This document shows, in pieces, positions 19,865-28,551 of a stretch of DNA of 64,000 nucleotides. The translations under genes were made by a program, and so were the position numbers. The DNA is taken from contig CAVQSP010000014.1 in NCBI GenBank assembly GCA_963715985.1, positions 672,001 to 736,000 on the forward strand, written 5' to 3'. Positions within the stretch are counted from its first letter, which is position 1. Every line of letters begins with the position of its first letter. This stretch comes from an uncultured Thermoleophilia bacterium (GTDB lineage Bacteria > Actinomycetota > Thermoleophilia > UBA2241). The notes beneath the pieces are model-generated. The model saw only the letters and a list, made by a program, of their open reading frames with translations, was not told the origin of the DNA and did no database searches.

Positions 19865-20512
19865 ATGGGAGAAGCTGAGTTCATCAAAGAAGCGATCGAC
19901 GCGCTGTTGACCAGCGACAAAGAGAAGGCCGTGGACGTCGCCAACCGCGCCATCGCCGCCGGCGTGGCGCCGGACAAGCTGATGGCGGACGGCTTCGTGG
20001 TCGGCATCCGCCAGCTCGGCGACAAGTTCGACGAGGGCGAGGTCTACCTGCCCGAGCTGATGCTCGCGGCGGCGGCCATGGAAGCCGCCATGGCCATCTG
20101 CAACGCGGCCCTGCCGGAGGGCAAGAGCGAGACCCGCGGCGTCGTCGTCATCGGCACCGTCGAGGGCGACGTGCACGACATCGGCAAGGCCATCGTCTGC
20201 GCCTACCTGCGCGCCAACGGCTACGAGGTCCACGACCTCGGCCGCGACGTGCCCGTGGAGGAGTTCGTCGACAAGGCCGAGGCGGTCGACGCCGACATCA
20301 TCGGCGCCAGCGCCCTGCTCACCGCCACGATGCGCAAGCAGTCGGAGATCGTCGCCGAGCTCAAGGACCGCGGTCTCCGCGACAAGTACAAGTTCGTCGT
20401 CGGCGGCGCCCCCTGCACGCAGGAGTACGCCGACTCCATCGAGGCCGACGCCTACGCGGCCGACGCCAGCGACGGCGTCAAGAAGATCGAGGAGCTGCTG
20501 GGCGCGAAGTAA
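19865..20512 (+). CDS. mtmC: Monomethylamine corrinoid protein, copy 2
   Basis: DVHDIGK B12 motif; one amino-acid difference from copy 1. Confidence 0.9.
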   Translation: MGEAEFIKEAIDALLTSDKEKAVDVANRAIAAGVAPDKLMADGFVVGIRQLGDKFDEGEVYLPELMLAAAAMEAAMAICNAALPEGKSETRGVVVIGTVEGDVHDIGKAIVCAYLRANGYEVHDLGRDVPVEEFVDKAEAVDADIIGASALLTATMRKQSEIVAELKDRGLRDKYKFVVGGAPCTQEYADSIEADAYAADASDGVKKIEELLGAK

Positions 20513-20550
20513 GTCGCCGCGCGCCCGGCAGGCCTGCCACACCTGCCGAC

Positions 20551-20593
20551 GGAGGGCGGCGCCCGCGGGAGCGGGCGCCGCCCTCCTCTTTCT
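20551..20593 (+). terminator. Intrinsic terminator after mtmC2
   Basis: 16-bp perfect stem followed by TCTTTCT. Confidence 0.7.
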
Positions 20594-20697
20594 GGACACA
20601 TTCCTGCGGGCCCGAGGTGCGGGACGGTCGTGCGGTGGGTACCGTAACCTGTACGCGGCCTCAGCGAGCCCGATCGACCCCGAGTGGAAGGACACGA

Positions 20698-20907
20698 ATG
20701 GCGGTGATCCTGTATTCGCGGCCCGACTGCCCCTACTGCGATGCCGCGCGTCGCTACCTGGACGACCGTGGTGATCCCTACGAGGAGCGCGACATCACCG
20801 TGGACCCAGAGGCAGAGCAGGCCGTGGCGGCCATCACCGGCGGCCCGCTGACCGTACCGATCACCGTGGAGGACGGCGACGTGAGGGTCGGCTTTCCGTA
20901 CACCTGA
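20698..20907 (+). CDS. Glutaredoxin-like protein (NrdH type)
   Basis: ILYSRPDCPYC, TVP, GF motifs. Confidence 0.85.
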   Translation: MAVILYSRPDCPYCDAARRYLDDRGDPYEERDITVDPEAEQAVAAITGGPLTVPITVEDGDVRVGFPYT

Positions 20908-21398
20908 GGCGGGGCGCGAGGGCGCACGCGCTGGATCTTCCAGCACGACCCCGAGCGCAGGCGCGCGTGACGCGCCACCATCCTCCGGCAATCGGCGCCG
21001 CCCATGTTCCGGAATGGCAAAAGAGATGTCGGTATGTGCGCCAGATTGGCGCATATGGAGCCTGCACCGTGACGATTCGTGAACTTCTGCACGTGCAAAC
21101 CTTGACTGGGCCAGCGTGCATCCATACATTGTGTCGCACACGTGAAGCCCGCAATGCCCGTACGGAGTACTTGCGGGCTTCGTGAGCGAACTAGGCCAAT
21201 GACTCCGAACGCCGGCAGCCGTATCCCGCCGTCGGCAGAGGGAGGCCCGTCCTGTGACGGCGCAGCACGCGATGCGATCCATCGAGCTGGTCTGGTCTGT
21301 GGGGGCGCTCACGCCCCAGCTGAGCCGCGCCGCCGCGCGCCCCCCGCCCGCCACTACCCTGTCTCCGCGCTTTCTCACCACAATGGAGGTGTGACGCA

Positions 21399-22800
21399 GT
21401 GAGCAAGATCTGGACCCGAATGGGTGACGGCAACGCCGTCGAGCTGACCCCAGACGAACTCCGCCAAGACATCATCGCGGCGACTGAAGACGCCGCGGAC
21501 AAGGGACACATCCCGGCCCTTGAAGAGAACGAGATCGACCACCTGTACGACCTGTTCGCGGCACCGTACCGCATCATCGGCGTCGAGCCCGGCCACGAAG
21601 TGCCGCTGACCAAGGACGAAACGGCGTGCACCCTCGTCTCCTCGCAGCTGTCGAGTGGTTCACACCTGGCGATAAGCCGCGAAGACGCGGTCGAAGTCTT
21701 CGAGCGCGTCTTCGCGTTCGACACTATGGAACTGGGCTGGATCGATTACTCGTTCAAGCCGGCGAAGCCCATGGTCTCGTTGGACCAGGTCTCCATCGAA
21801 CGCATCATGGCGACCACCGTGTTCCCGGTGCTCTACGGCGCCATGCCGAATATGGGCCTGTACTACACGCCCGACGGCCCGTACATCAACCCTGCAGACC
21901 TGCTCGGCATGATGAAGGTCGAGGAGGCGCGCGAGGAGGAGATGAAGGCCTCCGAGCTGTGCATGGAGGACATGATCTTCGTCTGCGAGCGCATGAACGA
22001 GATCGGCGCCGACGGCATCGACTTCGACACCACGGCCTCGGCCGGGTGACGCCGACTTCCTCGCGACCCTCAAGACGGTCGAGCACCTGAAGAAGACCAC
22101 CGACCTCGGCATCGAGATGGGCATGTCGGGCGAGTTCATCCTCGGCATGCACGGCGAGGTCGAGTACAACGGCACGCGACTTGCGGGCCTCTTCCCGCAC
22201 CAGCAGCTCAAGTGCGCGGAACAGGCAGGCGTCGACATCTTCGGCCCCGTGGTCAACACGAAGACCAACAAGTCCTGCGCTTGGAACGTGGCCCGCGCTG
22301 TGACCTTCGTCAAGGAGGTCTGCAAGCAGGCCACCATCCCGATCCACGCGAACGTGGGTATGGGTGTGGGCGGCACGCCGATGTTCGAGACGCCGCCGAT
22401 CGACGCTCTCAGTCGCGCGAGCGTGGCCATGGTCGAGATCGCCAAGGTCGACGGCTTGTAGGTCGGCGTGGGCGATCCCTACGGCATGTCCGTAATGCAT
22501 TCGATCGCATCCGGAATGGGTGGCATCCGCACCGCTGGAGACCTGGTGGCAAGGATGGAGCTCAATTACCGGATGAGGCTCCCCGAGGCGAAGAAGTACG
22601 TGGCCGACAAGCTCGGCATCAGCGCGTTCGACCTGTCGGACTCCACGGTCATGCGCAACCTGCGCGAGGAGCTCGACATCGGCGTCATCGAGGCGATCCC
22701 CGGCCTCTCCAAGGGGTACACCGCCAAGGCGCGTATCGCCGACCTTCTCGACATCAAGATCAACGGTGTCGAGCGGCAGAAGGCGAAGATGCCGGCCTGA
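21399..22800 (+). CDS. mtbB: Dimethylamine:corrinoid methyltransferase MtbB, Pyl at TAG 22459-22461; one extra G at 22044-22046
   Basis: [49 protein letters not shown]; removing one G gives a 466-aa frame. Confidence 0.92.
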
Positions 22801-22857
22801 TGACGCGCTCTGTCGTCCAGCAGGTTTGGCCAAATCTGACCCACGGAGGTCACAGGC

Positions 22858-23502
22858 ATGGCAAATGAAGACTTCTATGCGGACGCGGCTGCCGCTATCC
22901 GCGCGTGCGACGCCGACAAGGCGGCTCAGGTAGCGACGGACGCCCTTGCGGCCGGCGTGGCGCCTGACGACATGCTGAAGCTGGGGTTCATCCCGGGCAT
23001 CAGCAAGATGGGCGATCTCTTCGAGCGCGGCGAGGTGTTCCTCCCCGAGCTCGTCCTCGCAGCCAACGCCATGACGGCGGCCGCCGCGGTGTGCAACGCG
23101 GCTCTCCCCGAGGGCGAAGCGGAGGCGAAGGCCACCGTCGTTATCGGCACCGTCCAGGGTGACGTGCACGATATCGGCAAGACCATCGTCGTCGCCTTCC
23201 TGAGGGCGAACGGCTACGACGTGTACGACCTCGGCCGTGACATCTCGAGCGACAAGTTCATCGCTGCCGCCGAGGAGCGCAAGGCCACGGTCATCGGCAT
23301 GAGCGCTCTGCTCACCACCACCATGCGCGAGCAGACGCGCATCATCGAGGCCCTCAAGGCCGCGGGTCTGCGCGACAAGTACAAGGTCATCGTCGGCGGC
23401 GGCGCCTGCACGCAGCAGTGGGCCGACAAGATCGGCGCGGACGCCTACGCCGAAGACGCCAACGACGGCGTGCGCAAGGTCAACGAGCTGACGGGCAACT
23501 GA
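22858..23502 (+). CDS. mtbC: Dimethylamine corrinoid protein
   Basis: GTVQGDVHDIGK, SALLTTTM; follows mtbB. Confidence 0.88.
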   Translation: MANEDFYADAAAAIRACDADKAAQVATDALAAGVAPDDMLKLGFIPGISKMGDLFERGEVFLPELVLAANAMTAAAAVCNAALPEGEAEAKATVVIGTVQGDVHDIGKTIVVAFLRANGYDVYDLGRDISSDKFIAAAEERKATVIGMSALLTTTMREQTRIIEALKAAGLRDKYKVIVGGGACTQQWADKIGADAYAEDANDGVRKVNELTGN

Positions 23503-23644
23503 TCCCGCGCTCGTAGAAGAGCACACCGGCGGCGCGGCCGGGCCTGCGAGAGCAGCCCCGGCCGCGCCGCCTCCCTCGTTCTGGGGCATTCCGTTCTGCG
23601 CGACCACTCCGATCGCCAACAGAGCCGCCAGTCCGCCTCGTCGA

Positions 23645-23871
23645 CCGGCCGAAACGGGGCAGCGGGCTGCCAACCCGGGGAGCGGACGGGGAGGCCGGCT
23701 CACACGGCGTTCACAGCCCTCTGAGGGGCCTGGAGAGGGCCGGAGGTGGGGAGAGGGCCGGCCGAAACGGGGCAGCGGGCTGCCAACCCGGGGAGCGGAC
23801 GGGGAGGCCGGCTCACACGGCGTTCACAGCCCTCTGAGGGGCCTGGAGAGGGCCGGGAGGTGGGGGAGAGG
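23645..23871. repeat. Tandem duplication of a ~113-bp non-coding unit
   Basis: CCGGCCGAAACGGGGCAGCGGGCTGCCAACCC... begins at 23645 and 23758; copies differ only in G-run lengths. Confidence 0.92.
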
Positions 23872-23924
23872 CCCCCTTTGGGCCTCGAGACCCCATAACG
23901 GCTCGGTGACGCTCGCAACCAAGA

Positions 23925-23959
23925 GGGCGCCCCGGCCGCGTGGAGCGGCCGGGGCGCCC
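23925..23959. terminator. Hairpin between convergent mtbC and mttC
   Basis: GGGCGCCCCGGCCGC-gtgga-GCGGCCGGGGCGCCC. Confidence 0.65.
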
Positions 23960-24010
23960 ATCTGCTTCAGGCGCTCATTGCCCGGGCGAGAGTCGCCCGA
24001 TGGAACGGGC

Positions 24011-24637
24011 TCAGCCCATGAGCTCCTTGCACTTCTCGACGCCGAGCGAGGCGTTGGCGCCGTAGGCGTCCGCGCCCACTTCGGCGGCCCACTCGGCCGA
24101 GACCGGGGCGCCGCCGATGATGACCTTGATCTTGTCGCGCAGGCCGGCGTCCTTGAGCGCCTGGATCGTCTCCGGCATCTTGGGGATCGTCGTCGTGAGC
24201 AGGCCGCTCATCCCGAGGATGTCGGCGTCGTGCTCCTTGCAGGCGGCGACGAGGTCGGCAGGGGTGATGCCCTTGCCGAGGTTGATGACCTCGAAGCCGG
24301 CGCCGGACAGCAGCATCGCGACGAGGTTCTTGCCGATGTCGTGCATGTCGCCCTCGACGGTGCCGATGACGACCGTGCCGAGGCTGCCGCCGCCCTCACC
24401 GAGGAGCGGCTTGATGATGTCGAGGCAGGCCTGCATGGTGCGGGCGCTGAGCAGCACCTCGGGGATGAACTTGTCGCCGCTCTTCATCTGCTCGCCGACC
24501 ACGTCCATGCCGGGGAGCAGGGCGTTGTCGAGGATCTCGCGGGCCGCGGCACCGCCGTCGACCAGCGACTGGGTCGCGGCCGTGGCGGCGTCGTTGCCGT
24601 CGATGATCATCTGCTTGAGGGACTCAAAGTCTGCCAT
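24011..24637 (-). CDS. mttC: Corrinoid protein cognate to MttB
   Basis: GTVEGDMHDIGKNLV, SGLLTTT, IIGGAPV. Confidence 0.85.
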   Translation of the reverse strand: MADFESLKQMIIDGNDAATAATQSLVDGGAAAREILDNALLPGMDVVGEQMKSGDKFIPEVLLSARTMQACLDIIKPLLGEGGGSLGTVVIGTVEGDMHDIGKNLVAMLLSGAGFEVINLGKGITPADLVAACKEHDADILGMSGLLTTTIPKMPETIQALKDAGLRDKIKVIIGGAPVSAEWAAEVGADAYGANASLGVEKCKELMG

Positions 24638-24685
24638 AGGATCCTATGTCCTCCATGTCGTGGCTTCGTTCCGGAGCCCTGGGAT

Positions 24686-26161
24686 TCAGGCGACTCCCGC
24701 GTCCTTCTCGGATTTTACGACGATGGCCCTGATTTCGGCCACGACGTCACTCGGCAGCTCGGCCACCTTGTGGCCGGCCACCAGCTCCTTGGCCTTCTCG
24801 TTGCAGCGGGAGTACATGTCGGTGCTGCCGTCCATCTCCCACTCTTCGCGGACGCGACGGTCGATGTTGCCCGCCTTGGACTGGTGCTCACGCATCAGCT
24901 TCAGGGTGCTCATCCTCGAGAGGAAGTCCTCCTCGGACCCCACTTCGATGATCTCATCCACCATCAGCGTCGCGTCGTTCGTGGGGATGCCACGAAGGAT
25001 GAACTTACAGATTCGCGCGATATCGTTGTCCATGACGAGCGTGGCGTAGTCGATGGTGACGCCCGACTCGATCATCCCGGCTCCGTAGATCAGGTTGAGC
25101 CCTCCCAACGCTGGCAGGAGGCCGGTGATGGTCTTCTCGTGGGCGCACTGCGCGTCGCCGCCGAGCTTGGAATCGCTCTACAACCCGGCGCCGTAGGTCG
25201 GCAGGCCGTAGAAGCGGCCCATCTCTGCGACGGCGGCGCTGATCATGCCGAGCTCGGGGGTGCCGACGGTCGCCGCGGCGCGCTGCAGGTCGAAGGCGGT
25301 GGTGGAGGTGCCGTAGACGCACTTGGCGCCCTTCTCGGCGAGCTGCGCGAGGACGATGCCGCCGAGCACCTCGGCGTTGTGCGTGACCATGGTGCCGGCC
25401 AGGGTGACCGGGGCCGAGCCGCCGGACATGGCCATGGAGAGCGGCATGGCGATCTGATGGGCGCGAGCCGCCTCGATGATGCAGCCGCTGAACTCGCCCA
25501 TGAGCTTGAGCGGGCTGACCGGGCAGCTGAGGAAGAGGAGCATCGGGCGGTCGGCCAGCTTGTCGTGACCGCCGGCCACGGCGGCCGTGGCGTCGATGTG
25601 CAGGCGGGCGCCGTGGTGACCGAGCGCGAGGCTGCAGATCGGCTTCGTGGTGTTGAGCAGCGACTGCTCGATGAGGTGCGCCTCGGCGACCTCCGGCGGC
25701 ACGTCGGTGGCCGTCACGGCGATGGTGTAGACCTCGATATCGTCGAGCGCGTCGACGAGGCGGGCGAGGTCGGCGACGTCCTTCTTCGTGGTCGGGCGCA
25801 GCTTGCCGTCCCACGGATCCACGGCCTTGACGCCCTCGGCGAAGTTGGTGAAGGCGACGCGCCGGCCCTCCATGACGAGGTCCTTGTCCGGCGTACGGCC
25901 GCAGAGCGTGACCGTGGAAGGCGCCCAGCTGATGCACTCCTCGAGGACGTGCGACGGGATCCTCACCTTGCGCGTCGAGCGGTCGACCTTGCAGCCGCCG
26001 TCGGCGAACAGGTCGATCGCCTCGTCGTCCTCCACCCAGAGGCCGGCCGTCTCGAGCACCTCGACGGTGCCCCAGTGGATGGCCTGCCTCTCGTCTTCGG
26101 AGAAGACATCGATGCCGATGCCTCCCTGGTGGTTGATGCCTGACCGTTGACTTCGAATCAT
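24686..26161 (-). CDS. mttB: Trimethylamine:corrinoid methyltransferase MttB, Pyl at TAG 25178-25180 (491 aa)
   Basis: ORFs 25178..26161 and 24686..25108 are in one frame; YGAGL-O-SDSK..DAQCAHEKT, CPVSPL, APVTLAGTMVTHNAEVL. Confidence 0.95.
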
Positions 26162-26247
26162 TCCGCCTCCTTCTTACAGCGTTTGCAGATCGCGGTCGTG
26201 GGCGAGCCTGTGCCGCTGTGGCGCTACGCTCGCCCGCCTCTCGTCAT
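26158..26247 (-). other. Amber-containing leader ORF (29 aa with read-through) coupled to mttB
   Basis: GGGAGGAGGCGGC-ATG ACG AGA GGC GGG CGA GCG TAG ... GAA TGA; the TGA overlaps the mttB ATG. Confidence 0.6.
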
Positions 26248-26741
26248 GCCGCCTCCTCCCTGTGCTGCGTCAATCGCTCCACGACCCTGAGGTGAGCGAG
26301 GACGTGGCCGACAAGGCTCATTCCGGGCCCGAGCCCGGGGTGTAACGGTGCGCAACGAGGAGGGTGCGCCCTGCGAACACTACACACACCCTTCTCAGAC
26401 TGCGCTGTTCAGGACGGTCGTGTGCGCGACTATAGGTGACGGTGGCCGCATGCTTCAACGTTGATTCTTGTTCAGATATGGCGTACCAGCATCAACTCGA
26501 CTGGCCATCATGGCCAGTATCTCGGCCCGGCAGCCTCGGTTCTTGCGGCTTGGCGCGCCAGCCAAGGGCGATTTTCCGAGCAAACTATCCACAACGGCAC
26601 AGGTTTCTCGTATCATACATCCAGATTGGCGGGTGGGTGTATGTGGCACGGGCGTCTCCGCAGACGCAGAATGGCTGCGGCCCCTGGGGAGACACCGGCG
26701 CCGCCAGCTCCTCGGAGCGACGACATGCGGAAGGAGAAGCG

Positions 26742-27083
26742 ATGAGCGAGTGGCACGTGCTGAAGGGGAGGGCTGAGACCGACCCGGTGGCGCTGGCGCG
26801 CGAGCGTGAGGTGGTGGAGTGCGAGCTCGACGGGCGCGCGTTCGTCTTCGCCTGCGAGGTCGTCCCGAACCAGTGGTCGGGCAAGGGGGTCGCGGTCATG
26901 ATGAACCTGGCGGAACACGCCGGGAGCGCCGGGGACCCCATCTGCGTCCGCGACCTGGCCGCGGCATTCGAGGACGACGAACTGCCTCAGGAACTGGATC
27001 TCGCCACGATCGTCACATGCAGGACCCGCGCCGAGGGGCTCTTCGCGAGCGCCGCCGACATGGTCCAGCGCTCAGACTCCTGA
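26742..27083 (+). CDS. Hypothetical protein
   Basis: AAGGAG RBS, GC3-rich codon use. Confidence 0.65.
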   Translation: MSEWHVLKGRAETDPVALAREREVVECELDGRAFVFACEVVPNQWSGKGVAVMMNLAEHAGSAGDPICVRDLAAAFEDDELPQELDLATIVTCRTRAEGLFASAADMVQRSDS

Positions 27084-27953
27084 GTCCGCGAGGGCGGTCA
27101 CGTCGCTGACGACATGGATGCCGCCGTTCACACACCCGTCGAGCACGGGGACCGGCTTGTACGAGATGCGGAGCAGGCGAGCGCCCTGCCTGATGTAGCT
27201 GGTCTCCGCCCGGCCGGAGCGGAGGGCGCGCTCGCGCGGGCAGTCCGGGTGCGCCGAACCGAGGCCGTGGAACACCTCGCAGCAGCGCGCCCCGAGGATG
27301 GTCTTCATCGTCCTGCCGGTGAAGGTCGCCGTCGCCGCGTTGGCACGCACGACCATGCCGTCGCCATCCAGCACTACGACCGATTCGTCCATGGCGTCGA
27401 ACACCTGCTGCCACTCGGCGAGGGCCAGCTCCAGGGCCTCTTCAGTCTCCCGCTCCGGAGTCATGTCGACGATCAGACCCTCAAGCGCTCGCACTCGTCC
27501 GTCATCGTCGAGCACCGCGACACCGCGCTCCCAGACCCACTTGCGCTGACCGGAGGCAGTCACGATGGGATACGAAGTGGTCCACGCGTTGTGCTTGTCG
27601 ATCGCGGCCTGGATGTCCCTGCAGACCCCCTCGCAGTGCCAGGGCACGACGAGGTCGGCGTAGGCCAGGCGCGCGTTGCCGACGAGCTCCTCAGGCTTGT
27701 AGCCGGTGAGGGCCTCCGCGCCCGCGCTCACGAACTCCATCGTCCACTGGGAATCGTCGGCGCAGCGATAGATCATCGCGGGAAGGCGTCCCATCAGGGC
27801 ACGGAGGACGCGTTCACGGTCCTCGACCGGGATGTCGTCGTCCAGAGACCTCCCGACGGCACCTCGCGTGAGCAGCAGTGCGAACTCCTCCCGGGTCAAG
27901 CGCACCTCCTCGACAGCAGCTGGACGGGCAGTCCGGGTGGCCCGACAGACCAA
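27072..27953 (-). CDS. Tandem PAS-domain protein with no output domain
   Basis: IYRC..D..WTMEFVS.G..ALTGY, KWVWERG, second PAS with G..C.EVFHG...C P. Confidence 0.8.
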   Translation of the reverse strand: MVCRATRTARPAAVEEVRLTREEFALLLTRGAVGRSLDDDIPVEDRERVLRALMGRLPAMIYRCADDSQWTMEFVSAGAEALTGYKPEELVGNARLAYADLVVPWHCEGVCRDIQAAIDKHNAWTTSYPIVTASGQRKWVWERGVAVLDDDGRVRALEGLIVDMTPERETEEALELALAEWQQVFDAMDESVVVLDGDGMVVRANAATATFTGRTMKTILGARCCEVFHGLGSAHPDCPRERALRSGRAETSYIRQGARLLRISYKPVPVLDGCVNGGIHVVSDVTALADSGV

Positions 27954-28551
27954 AGCGACCGGACTCGCCGCGCCGTGTGGTACTCCATTCGCCCGGTATT
28001 ATTCGCGGCCCGGACGGGGTGCGGTCAATCACCCGACCACTCCTGGGGGCCCGCCGGCGGCGCCGGATCTCGGCTGCAGAGACACCACTGAACGGCGCGA
28101 CTCACTGCCTCGTTCTGTGCCGGACGGCGACCGGGAGTGGGGCCGGACGCATGCGTGGATCGTCCGACCTGAGCACGCCCCGCCGGCAAAGCCGGCGGGG
28201 AGGAGTGGGCGGAGAGGTGGTCGACGAGGGGGCGCCGGGCGCACCAGCGATGTGGGCCAGCAGGCAAGACGGCGGCTTCAGGTTATTGCGCTCCATGCGG
28301 GCCATCCTGTACAGTTCCGGCCAACTTTTCCACCATCAGGGAGAGGGTCATGGTACCCGTGCCGAGTACTTCCCCGCCGTCGCTCCCGGCGGCCGGCCAA
28401 GGAAAGCTGACTCCCGCTGCGGAGAAAGGGGGTCGCTGAGACCGAAGTCCGCCCTTCACTGCCCGTCCAGGCGTGAGGCCGGCTAGTCGCCGCGCACGCC
28501 TGGGCCCGCTTTTCAGCCGCGAAAGCACACGTTCTCCAGAGAGGGGAATTC

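Larger units (their letters stand above)
18399..20584 (+). repeat. ~2.2 kb near-identical duplication, copy 2
   Basis: Matches 10099-12284. Confidence 0.97.

Noticed and set aside
21142-21402. Amber leader upstream of mtbB
   Set aside because: Candidate upstream frames (21142-21402 and from 21254) contain no in-frame TAG; the TAG at 21192 has no good start
22047-22049. TGA in mtbB as a selenocysteine codon (Sec plus Pyl in one protein)
   Set aside because: The downstream MtbB sequence is in a different frame; deleting one G restores the conserved A-G-D, so it is a frameshift
10734-25180. Methyltransferases as nonsense pseudogenes
   Set aside because: Each has a single TAG at the family's Pyl position with intact sequence on both sides
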